Of a stretch of 64,000 nt of DNA, positions 9,534 to 19,349 are shown in pieces. The DNA comes from an uncultured Spirochaetota bacterium. GTDB lineage: Bacteria > Spirochaetota > UBA4802 > UBA5368. The position numbers were made by a program, and so were the translations under genes. A model generated the notes under the pieces. That model was not told the DNA's origin, searched no databases, and was given only the letters and a program-made list of their open reading frames with translations. The stretch's first letter is position 1; every line of letters starts with the position of its first letter. The stretch spans positions 367,777 to 431,776 of the forward strand of contig CAVXKM010000002.1 of the NCBI GenBank assembly GCA_963762305.1, written 5' to 3'.

Positions 9534-9899
9534 TCAATAATCGACGAGTATTCTTATGATCTTCTTTCCATAACCGCCGGCCGGGTCCTCCGCGGTGACC
9601 TTTATGATGTACAGCCCCGGTTTGACCATCTTGCCGCTTCCGTTTCGTCCGTTCCAGGTGACGGGAAAAAGACCGTAGCTCCTCGCGAGCACGAGGTCGC
9701 CGTTGATGTCGAATATCTCGACTTTGATACTGTCCACCGAAGGCAGCGTTCCCTTGTCGTGGAGGGTAAGCTGGTGCCGGTTCGGGTTGAGGGGAACGGG
9801 GTACGCGATCACGCCTTCCATGTCGAGGGAAAACAGCGGTCCGCAGAGAAGGAACGTGATAAATAGAACGCATACAGGTTTTAGGATGGTCACGCGCAT
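9534..9899 (-). CDS. small secreted protein with FlgD-Ig-like / C-terminal sorting-type domain
   Basis: Signal peptide, then IKVEIFDINGDLVLARSYG...TWNGRNGSGKMVKPGLYIIKV, which resembles the FlgD Ig-like fold. Confidence 0.45.
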   Translation of the reverse strand: MRVTILKPVCVLFITFLLCGPLFSLDMEGVIAYPVPLNPNRHQLTLHDKGTLPSVDSIKVEIFDINGDLVLARSYGLFPVTWNGRNGSGKMVKPGLYIIKVTAEDPAGGYGKKIIRILVDY

Positions 9900-10021
9900 G
9901 AACGATACCCGGCCCGATAATTTTTTCCCGATGTCGCTGGAAATAAAGAATCAAAGCCTCAACGCACGGTCAACACATATTTATCATGTGTGAGGCTGAT
10001 TCCGGGCGGGCGCTGAAAATA

Positions 10022-10852
10022 TTATCCGCCGTTAACCGGTCCCAACGCCGCGTGCGATGACTCGACGGCGCGGTCGATCTCCTCCCGGATTTCGTTGGGT
10101 ACCGTTATTCCGGGGCCGGGAATCCCGGAGACGAAATACATGAAAAATTCGATATTGCCGGCCGGGCCCCGGAGCGGCGAACCGCAGAGACCCTTGAAAA
10201 GCAGTCCCTGCCCATGCAGGGCCGGTATGACCCGTCCGAGTATGGCCTTGTGGTGTTCCTTTTTCTTCACCACGCCCTTTTTGTGCTCGTTCTTCCCCGC
10301 CTCGAACTGGGGCTTTATCAGCAGCAGGCCTTCATCGGGAGCGATCACATTTCTTATCACGCCGGCGATTTTAAGAAGTGAAATGAACGAGAGGTCCGCG
10401 GTGAGGAAATCGATTTTTTCCCGGAAAATGTCCCGCTGTATGTTTCGCGCGTTAAGCCTTTCAACGACCGTCACCCGGGGGTCCAGGCGCAGGCGGTAAT
10501 CGAGCTGCCCGTATCCCACGTCGATCGCGTACACTGAGCGTGCGCCGCGTACCAGGAGGCAGTCGGTGAAACCGCCGCTGGACGCGCCCAGGTCGACGGC
10601 CGTCCTGCCCTCGACGGTAATGCCGAAATACCGCATTGCGTGGTCGAGCTTTTCGCCGCCCCTGCTGGCGAATGATCCTTTCGGCCTCTCCATGACGACC
10701 ATTTCCAGGCCGTTTAGGAGCCGTGAAGGCTCGCGCACGGTCTCGCCGTCAACCTTGACCCAGCCGGACACGATGGCCCTTTTCGCCTGTTCTATGGAAT
10801 CGGAAAGCCTTCGTTCAGCCAGAAAGGCGTCTAAGCGAGTGCCTTTTTTCAT
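10022..10852 (-). CDS. tlyA: TlyA-family rRNA 2'-O-methyltransferase (hemolysin A-like)
   Basis: S4-like N-terminus (RLDAFLAERRLSDSIEQAKRAI) plus the FtsJ-like motif VDLGASSGGFTD. Confidence 0.85.
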   Translation of the reverse strand: MKKGTRLDAFLAERRLSDSIEQAKRAIVSGWVKVDGETVREPSRLLNGLEMVVMERPKGSFASRGGEKLDHAMRYFGITVEGRTAVDLGASSGGFTDCLLVRGARSVYAIDVGYGQLDYRLRLDPRVTVVERLNARNIQRDIFREKIDFLTADLSFISLLKIAGVIRNVIAPDEGLLLIKPQFEAGKNEHKKGVVKKKEHHKAILGRVIPALHGQGLLFKGLCGSPLRGPAGNIEFFMYFVSGIPGPGITVPNEIREEIDRAVESSHAALGPVNGG

Positions 10853-12728
10853 GCATGTTTTTGATTTTAAGGCCGGCGGTTATTTCGCCCGCGACCGTGA
10901 CGGGATCCAGACCGTAATGGGCAAGGAGCTCGGGCACTTTTCCATGGGTGATGAATTTGTCTGGGAACCCCACGGGGAAGAGAAACCTGGCTCTCAGCTC
11001 ACGGCTGATTTGCGAAAGCATGTATTCTCCCACGCCCCCGGAGCAGTAGCCGTTCTCCATTGTTATATAACAGCGCGCCTCGCGTACGATACGCTCTATC
11101 CCTTTTACATCAAGCGGTTTTATCGAGAGCAGGTTGACAACCGACGAGCTGATTCCGCCCTGTTTCAGAAGCCGGCAGACCTCGAGGGCGCCTGACACCA
11201 TGTCACCGACGGAGAAAATCGCCACGTCCTCACCCCTGCTCAGGCGCTTGAGCCTTCCGGGCACAAAAGCGCCATGCTCGTCGAACCTGAGCGGCTCTTT
11301 CTCATCGCCCTTGGGGTACCTGATGGCGACGGGACCCTTGTCGTAAGACGCGGCAAAGTAGATCATGTCCCGCAGCTCCGTTCCGTTCGACGGGGAGAGG
11401 AGCATGAAATTCGGGATGTTCCTGATGATGCCTATGTCGAAGAGCCCGTGATGGGTTTCGCCGTCCTCCCCGACCACCCCCGCCCTGTCGACGAGGATCT
11501 TCACCGGAAGATTCATGATGGCCACGTCATGTATCAACTGGTCGACGGCGCGCTGCAGGAAAGTTGAATAGACCGACACGAAGGGCTTGAGGCCCTTTGC
11601 CGCCAGGCCCACGGCGAACGTGAGCGCGTGCTGTTCCGCGATCCCCACGTCGAAGAACCGGTGGGGGAACTGCTTCTCGAACTCGGAAAGTCCCGTCCCC
11701 AGCTTCATGGCGGCGGTAACGGCGACTATCCTCCTGTCGCTTTTGCCGGCGGCTGCCAGCGTCCTGCCGGCGATCTCCGAATAGGAGAGGGTGTCCTGTT
11801 TGGATACTATGCCGACACTCCTGTCGAACGGCCCGGTGCCGTGATAGGTGGCGGGGTCCCTCTCCGCGGGGGCATAGCCCTTGCCCTTTTTCGTGATCAC
11901 GTGGATGATCATTGGCCCGTTGTCGATGTTCTTGATCCGCTCGAACAGCTCGATGAGCAGCCCGAGGTTATGGCCGTCCACCGGCCCGAAGTAACGGAGC
12001 CCCAGCTCTTCGAAAAAACCGCTGGGTATTATGAACCCCTTTAGCCGCGCCTCCTGCCTGTAGATGAACTCGTAGAGCCCCTTCCCGAAGCGGGGAATTC
12101 TCGCGATGATGTCGTAGGACCTCTTTCTCAGGCGGTTGTAGAGGGAGCCCGTGATCATCTTCATGAGGTGCTGGGCCAGCGCCCCGACGTTCTTCGATAT
12201 CGAGTGCTCGTTGTCATTGAGGACGATTATCATGTCCCTCTTCAGATGGCCGATCTGGTTGAGGGCCTCGAATGCCATGCCTCCTGTAATCGAACCATCG
12301 CCTATAACGGCCACGACCTTGTACCTCTCGCGCCTCAGGTCCCTTCCCACGGCCTCGCCGAGGGCGAGGGAAAGGCTGGTGCTGCTGTGCCCGGTGCAGT
12401 AGGCGTCGAAAACCGATTCAGAGGATTTGGGAAACCCGCTCAAACCCTTGAACTGCCGCAGGGTCTTGAACCGGGACTTCCGGTCGGTAATGATTTTATG
12501 GGCGTAGCTCTGGTGGCCCACGTCCCAAATGATTTTATCGTATGGTGTGTTGAAGACATAATGGAGGGCAAGGGTCAGCTCCACCACCCCGAGCGATGAG
12601 GAGAGGTGACCGCCGTTGCGGGAGACAACGTCGATTATGTATTCCCTGAGTTCGGCGGCCAGGCCGTTGAGCTGCTCGTTGCTGAGCCTTCGGATATCGC
12701 CCGCTTTATGTATCACGTCCAGAACCAC
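10815..12728 (-). CDS. dxs: 1-deoxy-D-xylulose-5-phosphate synthase
   Basis: GGHLSSSLGVVELTLALHYVF, GHQSYAHKIITDR and a TPP-binding GDG motif. 637 aa. Confidence 0.95.
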   Translation of the reverse strand: MVLDVIHKAGDIRRLSNEQLNGLAAELREYIIDVVSRNGGHLSSSLGVVELTLALHYVFNTPYDKIIWDVGHQSYAHKIITDRKSRFKTLRQFKGLSGFPKSSESVFDAYCTGHSSTSLSLALGEAVGRDLRRERYKVVAVIGDGSITGGMAFEALNQIGHLKRDMIIVLNDNEHSISKNVGALAQHLMKMITGSLYNRLRKRSYDIIARIPRFGKGLYEFIYRQEARLKGFIIPSGFFEELGLRYFGPVDGHNLGLLIELFERIKNIDNGPMIIHVITKKGKGYAPAERDPATYHGTGPFDRSVGIVSKQDTLSYSEIAGRTLAAAGKSDRRIVAVTAAMKLGTGLSEFEKQFPHRFFDVGIAEQHALTFAVGLAAKGLKPFVSVYSTFLQRAVDQLIHDVAIMNLPVKILVDRAGVVGEDGETHHGLFDIGIIRNIPNFMLLSPSNGTELRDMIYFAASYDKGPVAIRYPKGDEKEPLRFDEHGAFVPGRLKRLSRGEDVAIFSVGDMVSGALEVCRLLKQGGISSSVVNLLSIKPLDVKGIERIVREARCYITMENGYCSGGVGEYMLSQISRELRARFLFPVGFPDKFITHGKVPELLAHYGLDPVTVAGEITAGLKIKNMHEKRHSLRRLSG

Positions 12729-12788
12729 GGCTCGTTACAAACCCCTTCCCACTGCGGGATCCCCGCACCCATCAGCTTCTGTTTGCGC

Positions 12789-13583
12789 TCAGTTTTCAAC
12801 CACAATTCGGGTCATGCTGCGGGTTTTTCCGCCTTTTCCGGCCGTGATGACCACCCCGTTCAGCTTGTTGGACCCCGACGCAACGTCGTATTTCAGCTTC
12901 GTGAACGTCAGGAACCGCTCGATGGACTTTTTCTTGTCCATGCCGATGACCGAATTGAAAGAGCCCGTCATCCCTATGTCGCTGATGTACCCCGTGCCCC
13001 CGGGAAGGATCCTCTCGTCCGCCGTCTGGACATGGGTGTGGGTGCCGTAGACCGCCGTGGCCCGTCCATCGGCGTACCAGCCGAAGGCCTGTTTCTCCGA
13101 GGTGGCCTCCGCGTGGAAATCAACCACGAACACGTCGGCCTCGCCCTTCAGCGCGCCGTGAAGGGCGTCGAATTTCCTGAAGGGGCAGTCAATGGGGTTC
13201 ATGAGGAGCCTCCCCATGAGATTGATGACGCACACGCGGAACCCTGCCGCGGTCAGTATAAAATAGCCTTTCCCCGGCACACCCTCAGGATAATTGGCGG
13301 GCCTCAGGAGGCGCGGCTCCTGGCCTATGAAAAGGCTGATTTCCTTGCTGTTCCACACGTGGTTGCCCGTCGTTATCACGTCCGCGCCCCAGGAAAGGAT
13401 CTCCTGCGCGGTTTCCGGGGTGATGGACATCCCGCCCGCCGCGTTTTCCCCGTTCGCTATCACGACGTCGATCCGGTAGTGATCCACTATTTCCGCGAGC
13501 CTGTCTCTGACAAGGTCCCGTCCGGGCCGGCCCACTATATCGCCGATGGCAAGTATGTTGATGCTGTCCTTCATCTGGTCCAT
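12789..13583 (-). CDS. ymdB: YmdB-family metallophosphoesterase (2',3'-cyclic-nucleotide phosphodiesterase-like)
   Basis: ILAIGDIVGRPGR...ANGENAAGG...DFHAEATSEK...GTHTHVQTAD. Sits downstream of rny, the conserved rny-ymdB synteny. Confidence 0.8.
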   Translation of the reverse strand: MDQMKDSINILAIGDIVGRPGRDLVRDRLAEIVDHYRIDVVIANGENAAGGMSITPETAQEILSWGADVITTGNHVWNSKEISLFIGQEPRLLRPANYPEGVPGKGYFILTAAGFRVCVINLMGRLLMNPIDCPFRKFDALHGALKGEADVFVVDFHAEATSEKQAFGWYADGRATAVYGTHTHVQTADERILPGGTGYISDIGMTGSFNSVIGMDKKKSIERFLTFTKLKYDVASGSNKLNGVVITAGKGGKTRSMTRIVVEN

Positions 13584-13648
13584 GCGCTCACGTCCGCGTT
13601 AAGGCCATGCCGCGGCATGCAACCCTTTCAGCTGACATGACAGGCCGT

Positions 13649-15184
13649 TTATTTCGCGTATTCGACAATGCGGGTCTCCCTTATCACGGTCACTCTCACG
13701 ATCCCGGGGTATTTCAGCTCCGATTCGATTTTCTGCGCTATCTCCCTGGCAAGGATCTCGGCCCTCTCGTCGTTTACCAGGTCGTTGGACACCAGCACGC
13801 GGAGCTCCCTCCCGGCCTGGATGGCGTAGCACTTATCCACGCCCTTGAAGCCCGACGCGATGTTCTCGAGGTTCTCGAGCCTTTTGAGGTAGGTGTCAAG
13901 CGATTCGCGCCGCGCCCCCGGCCTGGAAGCGGAAATTGCGTCGGCGACCTGTATGAGGACCGCTTCGAAGGACTCGGGCTCCCTGTCGTTGTGATGGGAG
14001 GCAATGATGTTGATGATCTTGTCGTTCTCCCCGAATTTCTTGGCCATCTCGGCGCCGACTGTCGAGTGCGCGCCCTCTCCCTCGGACACGTTTCCCTTGC
14101 CTATGTCGTGGAGAAGGCCGGACCTCTTGGCCGTCATAACCTCCAGGCCGAGTTCGCCGGCCATGATGCCGGCGAGGTTCGCGACCTCCTTGCTGTGGGC
14201 CAGGATGTTCTGGCCGTAGCTGCTGCGATAGCGCAGCTTGCCCACATGGTAAAGCGCGTCCTTGCTCAATCCCGGTATCGCCAGCTCGAAGGCGGCCTTT
14301 TCGCCCTCGTCGAGCATGTTTTCCTCGATCTCATGGGTGACCTTCTCGACGACCTCCTCGATCCGGGCCGGGTGTATCCTGCCGTTCTGGATGAGCCGCT
14401 CAAGGGAGAGCCGGGCGATCTCCCTGCGCACGGGATCGAAACCAGAGATGACCACGACCTCCGGCGTATCGTCGATGATCATATCTACGCCCGTGAGATT
14501 CTCGAGCGTCCGGATATTCCTTCCCTCGCGCCCTATTATCCGCCCCTTCATGTCGTCGGAGGGGAGTGATACCGTGGTGATGGCGCATTCGGAAGTGTAG
14601 TCCGAGGCGTTGCGCTGGATCGCCGACAGGACTATTTCCTTGGCCTTTTTCTCGGCGACGCGCTTCGCCTCCTCCTCGATCTTGTTGATCAGCTTTATCG
14701 ATTCGAACCGGGCCTCGTTCTCGAGGTTCTTCAGGAGAAGCTCCTTCGCCTGCTCCTTCGAAAGCCCGGATATCCTCTCCAGCTCCCTGCCGTGCCTCTC
14801 CAGCTCTTTTTTCAGTTCCTGTTCCTTCTCCTGGGTTTCCTGCTCTTTCAGCTGGAGAATCCTTTCCCTCTTTTCGACCTGCTCGGTCTTGACGTCGATC
14901 GATTCTTCCTTCTGTATGGTTCTCTTCTCGTGGTTTTGAATCTCCTGGCGCCGCTCACGCATCTCTTTTTCGAAGAGGTTTTTCTCCTTGAGGATCTGGT
15001 CTTTCGCCTCGATGAGCAGTTCCTTCCTCTTTGCCTCGGCCTCTTTAATCGAATCCTGAATTATCCTGCGGGACTGGACCTCGGCGGAATTGAGCTTGAT
15101 CCTTCCTATATAGGCCCTCACGAGAAATCCCGCCACCCCGACGACCGGGATGGATAAAACCAGGAGGAGTGTCCCTATGCCCAT
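13649..15184 (-). CDS. rny: ribonuclease Y
   Basis: N-terminal TM helix, long K/E-rich coiled coil, KH domain (GRIIGREGRNIR) and HD domain (HSKEVANLAGIMA...LLHDIGK). Confidence 0.9.
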   Translation of the reverse strand: MGIGTLLLVLSIPVVGVAGFLVRAYIGRIKLNSAEVQSRRIIQDSIKEAEAKRKELLIEAKDQILKEKNLFEKEMRERRQEIQNHEKRTIQKEESIDVKTEQVEKRERILQLKEQETQEKEQELKKELERHGRELERISGLSKEQAKELLLKNLENEARFESIKLINKIEEEAKRVAEKKAKEIVLSAIQRNASDYTSECAITTVSLPSDDMKGRIIGREGRNIRTLENLTGVDMIIDDTPEVVVISGFDPVRREIARLSLERLIQNGRIHPARIEEVVEKVTHEIEENMLDEGEKAAFELAIPGLSKDALYHVGKLRYRSSYGQNILAHSKEVANLAGIMAGELGLEVMTAKRSGLLHDIGKGNVSEGEGAHSTVGAEMAKKFGENDKIINIIASHHNDREPESFEAVLIQVADAISASRPGARRESLDTYLKRLENLENIASGFKGVDKCYAIQAGRELRVLVSNDLVNDERAEILAREIAQKIESELKYPGIVRVTVIRETRIVEYAK

Positions 15185-15271
15185 AACAACCCTCCGTTAC
15201 TTTTTATTTTCCAGCCTTCATGCCGGAAACCGCACACAAGGCGGCGAAACCCCGCCGCCGCACTACAATCT

Positions 15272-16291
15272 CTAAACCTTCGAATATTCTTGCCCAGTCC
15301 CCCGGTAACGGCCACTGCCGACACCGGGCTGGCACTGCAACTGGGTGATGATCGCGCAATTGTATACATCCTCGGCCGTCGCCGCCCGTGAAAGGTCATT
15401 GAACGGCCTGCCGAGCCCGTAAATCACAGGACCGATTACCGAAGCCCCTCCCACGTACTGGAGCAGCTTCGACCCTATGTTGGCGCTGTCCAGGTTGGGG
15501 AATATGAGGATGTTGGCGCTCCCCTTCATCGGGCTCCGCGGGGCCTTCCCGGCGCGCACCCCCGGTGAGACCGCGGCGTCCAGCTGAAGCTCGCCCTCGA
15601 CCTCCGTCTCCGGCATGCGTTTACGCGCCCTCTCCGCGGCCAGTCTCACCTTTTCAACGGACTTCCCGGAAGCGCTGCCGAGCGTCGAATACGAAAGGAA
15701 GGCTATGCGCGGCGCCATGTCAAGATACCGGCGGGCGAACCGCGCGGCCGCCTCCGCGACCCTGCACAGAACGCCCGCGCCCGGGTCCGGGTTGACCGCC
15801 GGGTCCGCCAGGACGAGAAGGCCGTTTTCGCCGATTTCCCTGTTCCCTGTCATCACGATGCTGAAGGAAGTGACCACCCCTTCCCTTCTGTCCGCCTTTA
15901 TAATGCCTATTCCCGTGCTCAATATCTCCGCCGTTGTCGTTCGAATCCCGCCCAGGAAGCCGTCGGCCTCTCCCAGCCTCAGCATGAGCGCCCCGAGGAC
16001 AACGGGGTTCGAGACCGCCTGCCGCACCATCCCGTCTTCCAGCACGCTGAACCTGCGCGCTTTCCTGCATTCGTCTCGGTAACGGCCTTCGACGGACATT
16101 TCCGCAATGTCCATGACGGCGCACCCCTCGAGGCTTGCCCCCGCCCGGCGTGCCGCGTCCATGATGGCGTCCCGGCACCCGAGCAGCACGGCTTCGCCGA
16201 TAAGCCCGTCGGACTTCAGCCGCGACGCTGCATCGATCACCCGCGCGTCGTCGCCCTCCGGGAAAACGATGCGTCGGGGCGATTTCTTCAC
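15272..16291 (-). CDS. phosphate acetyl/butyryl-transferase family protein
   Basis: PTA_PTB fold: IVFPEGDD...SYSTLGSASG...ILIFPNLDSANIGSKL. 339 aa. Confidence 0.8.
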   Translation of the reverse strand: MKKSPRRIVFPEGDDARVIDAASRLKSDGLIGEAVLLGCRDAIMDAARRAGASLEGCAVMDIAEMSVEGRYRDECRKARRFSVLEDGMVRQAVSNPVVLGALMLRLGEADGFLGGIRTTTAEILSTGIGIIKADRREGVVTSFSIVMTGNREIGENGLLVLADPAVNPDPGAGVLCRVAEAAARFARRYLDMAPRIAFLSYSTLGSASGKSVEKVRLAAERARKRMPETEVEGELQLDAAVSPGVRAGKAPRSPMKGSANILIFPNLDSANIGSKLLQYVGGASVIGPVIYGLGRPFNDLSRAATAEDVYNCAIITQLQCQPGVGSGRYRGTGQEYSKV

Positions 16292-16339
16292 CCTTTCCTT
16301 GAGACGGTTTAGAATCTCGGCCTCCGGAAAAACCGTTTC

Positions 16340-16825
16340 TTACCTGGAAGAATACTTTTCCCGGAGCTTTTTATGGATGAATTGGGGGACCAGAGAGGTT
16401 ACATCCCCTCCATAGCTGGCGACTTCTTTCACCATGTTGGAGGAGATGAATGAGTTCTCGCTCTGCGACATCAGGAAAATCGTCTCGATCTCGGGAGCGA
16501 GTTTTTTATTCAACAACGCTATGGCGAATTCGTACTCGAAATCGACTATAGCTCTCAACCCTCTTATAATAAATGTTACACCCTTTTCGCGACAGTAGTC
16601 CACGAGGAGCCCTTCGAATGACGTTATCTCGATGCTGTTGCTGCCGCAGACACAGCATTCATGAAGGAACTCCAGCCTCTCCTTAACGGAGAAGAGCGGA
16701 TGCTTGGCGCTGTTCACCGCAATGGCAATGATCAGCCTGTCGCAAAGGCTCTTTGCCCTTTCAGCAATGTCAAGGTGGCCATTTGTTAACGGATCAAAAG
16801 ATCCTGGGTATATCCCAATCCGCAT
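16340..16825 (-). CDS. coaD: phosphopantetheine adenylyltransferase
   Basis: IGIYPGSFDPLTNGHLDI signature. 161 aa. Confidence 0.9.
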   Translation of the reverse strand: MRIGIYPGSFDPLTNGHLDIAERAKSLCDRLIIAIAVNSAKHPLFSVKERLEFLHECCVCGSNSIEITSFEGLLVDYCREKGVTFIIRGLRAIVDFEYEFAIALLNKKLAPEIETIFLMSQSENSFISSNMVKEVASYGGDVTSLVPQFIHKKLREKYSSR

Positions 16826-16930
16826 AAAAAGCTACCAATCCTTTCAGGCCCTCCACACCGTATTATCAGGCGTTCTTTTTGTCAAGAAATATGCTGTTTT
16901 CTCTCTTCTGGCGATGGAAACGGCGTACGG

Positions 16931-17473
16931 CTACAGGCGCGAACGGCCACCAGAACGTCGTGCCCCGTACCCGTGCTCCCTCGCCTGGAATCCCGTGGAA
17001 AAGTATGTCACCGCCCCCATGTACCGGCGCTTCCAGTACCCGTTCCTTAAGCTTGCGATGGAGACACTTTTTCCCGAACTCGGGGCATGGACGAACCTCC
17101 CGTTGCCCAGGTAGACACCCACATGGGTTATCCTTTTTTCCGGAGACGTGTGAAAGAATACCAAATCCCCCTGCCGCGCGTACCGTAGGGATATCCTCCT
17201 CCCGAGGCCGTACTGGTCCTGGGCCGAGCGGGGGAGTTTGAGCCCGTGCCTCCCGTACACGTACATCACGTAGCCGGAGCAGTCGAACCCGCCCGGACCC
17301 TCGCCGCCGTTCTGATATTGCACGCCGATCAGCCCGAGGGCCGTCTCCACGACGCCCCGCCTTTCACGCTCATCGAGCGTTATCACGCCCCTCCGGGTAT
17401 ACGGCGGAGAGCATGCCATGAAAAGCACGGCGGCCAGGAGAAAGGCCCATGCCGCGTACCGGCGGGTTTTCAT
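16931..17473 (-). CDS. NlpC/P60 family lipoprotein peptidase
   Basis: Start chosen at the Met giving signal plus lipobox (MKTRRYAAWAFLLAAVLFMACS); the ORF extends to 17563. Catalytic FDCSGYV...H motif of C40 peptidases. Confidence 0.75.
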   Translation of the reverse strand: MKTRRYAAWAFLLAAVLFMACSPPYTRRGVITLDERERRGVVETALGLIGVQYQNGGEGPGGFDCSGYVMYVYGRHGLKLPRSAQDQYGLGRRISLRYARQGDLVFFHTSPEKRITHVGVYLGNGRFVHAPSSGKSVSIASLRNGYWKRRYMGAVTYFSTGFQAREHGYGARRSGGRSRL

Positions 17474-17584
17474 CTCATCGCTTTTCCAGGGAACCATCTT
17501 GCTGTAATTCTCGGCATCACGCCCGCCGATGTTTACCCACCCGGGGGAAATCATGAAATACACCGGCCCGGGACGGCGGTTCCC

Positions 17585-19297
17585 TCAGGAGGCCCTTCTC
17601 TGCCTGATCGGGTAAGTTCCGTACTTGCGGATCGCCCTCAGCATGGCCCGCATATTCTCGTCGGGCATGTCCCGCGGAATTTCACAGCCTCCGCTGAGCC
17701 AGAACCCGCCGCCCTTCCCGGCGCTCTCTATGGCCTTCCGGCATGCCTCTTCGACGTCCTCGGGGGTCCCCAGGTGCAGGACACGGTTGCAGTCGAGGTT
17801 TCCCATGATCGTGATCCGGTCGCCGATGGTTTTCTTCGCCCACGGGAGGCGCACCTGGTAATCGAACTGTATCGCCCCCCGGGAATTCACCAGCGGGGCG
17901 AACTTGATGCACTGCGGCACGTACCCGCAGCAATGTATCAGAACCTTCACGCCCAGCTCCCGGTCGATCCTGCCGTACAGCTCCTTTTCATAGGGGAGCA
18001 CGAACTCCTCGAAGGTTTCGGGCGAGAGGTAGTAGGCTACCGATTCGCCGCTGCCGATTATGTCCGCGCCGTATCCGACCATGATCCTCGCGCATTCGAA
18101 GGCGAACTCGTTGTACCACGCCAGCATGTCCCTCAGCAGCCCGGGGTCCTGCCTGAGCAGGAATATGGCCCGGGGATCGGCGCCGCAGAGGAGCATGGCG
18201 CCCTGGAGCGGCCCCTCGGTCCAGCCGATGACGGCCCGCTCGTCGCCGACCATTTCCTTCATGTATTTCACCGACTCCATGAAGGACGCGAGCCTTCCCC
18301 TGGTCGCGTAGGACTCGGGGTGGCCCAGTTTCTTGAAGTCCTCCTTCGCGTTGTCCCAGCGGATGACGGCCCCCTTGAGCCTGGGCACGTCGTCGTGGGG
18401 GACCTCAACCTGCGCCCCCACGGCCTCGGCATACACGCCCACGTCGCTGGAGGCGATTACGGCGTCCCACCCGAACTTGACTGCCGTCGCGACCTCGGCC
18501 TCGGCGAGCGGCCGGCCTCCGTTGCAGTATGCCGAGAAGGGTATGCCCCCGTGCCTGGCCGAAAAGGTCATGGCGAACGGCACGAGGGGAACGCGGTCGG
18601 GTTCCTTGAGCGCCATGGACGCGAGCACCCGTTCACGGGAGGTCATCGTCGACCTCAGCTCATGCATGAACCTTTCGGCGGCCTTGACGATCTCCGAGGA
18701 GTCGGCGCAGTACGCGTCCGCCCCGACGCGGGCCGCGATCTCGCTGTTGCTCGAGGGGCCCGAGATGATGGTGCGGACCCTGTTCCGTATGCCGTACGCC
18801 TCGAGTTTCTTCTCGAGTTCCTCCAGCATGCCGATGCGGTAGCTCAGGTACAGGCCCACCGCCACCACGTCCGCGTCCACCTCCTTCGCCTTCCTGGCGA
18901 TGGCGTCGGGCCCGACGTCGGACCCCGCGTTGATTACCTCGAAGCCGTGGGCGGTCAGCACCGCCGCGACGATATCGGGGCCTATGGTCCAGGGGCCGTC
19001 GGGCACGCCGATGACGACCCGCCCCTTGCGCTCTATTGCCTCCTGGCCCGGATCCTGCGCCAGCGCGGCGTTCCCGAAGTGAAACGCGGCGGTGGACCAC
19101 AGCACCTTGTCGAGATACATGCCCTTTTTCCCGTAGGTCCGCGCCATGTCGCGCATCCCGTTGGAGAGGCCGTCCATGATTATTTCCCGCGAGGACCAGC
19201 CCTCCTCGAGGGCCTTCAGGCAGAGTTTCCCGATACCCTCGTAGTCCCCCTGGACCACCGCATGTTTTATCTTCTGCATCGTCTCCTTTCCCGGCAT
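17585..19297 (-). CDS. fusion protein: N-terminal B12-binding corrinoid domain plus C-terminal uroporphyrinogen-decarboxylase-family methyltransferase (MtaA/MtbA-like)
   Basis: Residues ~1-215 have corrinoid-protein features: a helical cap (YEGIGKLCLKALEEGWS) and a Rossmann-type B12-binding region (VVIGVPDGPWTIGPDIVAAVLTAHGFEVINAG). Residues ~220-570 resemble URO-D/MtaA (RVPLVPFAMTF...GESVAYYLSPETFEEF). 570 aa. Confidence 0.7.
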   Translation of the reverse strand: MPGKETMQKIKHAVVQGDYEGIGKLCLKALEEGWSSREIIMDGLSNGMRDMARTYGKKGMYLDKVLWSTAAFHFGNAALAQDPGQEAIERKGRVVIGVPDGPWTIGPDIVAAVLTAHGFEVINAGSDVGPDAIARKAKEVDADVVAVGLYLSYRIGMLEELEKKLEAYGIRNRVRTIISGPSSNSEIAARVGADAYCADSSEIVKAAERFMHELRSTMTSRERVLASMALKEPDRVPLVPFAMTFSARHGGIPFSAYCNGGRPLAEAEVATAVKFGWDAVIASSDVGVYAEAVGAQVEVPHDDVPRLKGAVIRWDNAKEDFKKLGHPESYATRGRLASFMESVKYMKEMVGDERAVIGWTEGPLQGAMLLCGADPRAIFLLRQDPGLLRDMLAWYNEFAFECARIMVGYGADIIGSGESVAYYLSPETFEEFVLPYEKELYGRIDRELGVKVLIHCCGYVPQCIKFAPLVNSRGAIQFDYQVRLPWAKKTIGDRITIMGNLDCNRVLHLGTPEDVEEACRKAIESAGKGGGFWLSGGCEIPRDMPDENMRAMLRAIRKYGTYPIRQRRAS

Positions 19298-19349
19298 CGT
19301 TTGCCTCCTTAATACTTGTTTTTGTAACGGGACGGGCTACCGAGTGACA

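Noticed and set aside
13607-14569. 320-aa plus-strand ORF
   Set aside because: Antisense to rny (RNase Y). No domain similarity.
17246-19312. 688-aa plus-strand ORF
   Set aside because: It is antisense to the well-supported 570-aa corrinoid/methyltransferase gene. It is an Ala/Arg/Pro/Gly-rich product with no motifs. Long stop-free antisense frames are expected at ~65% GC.
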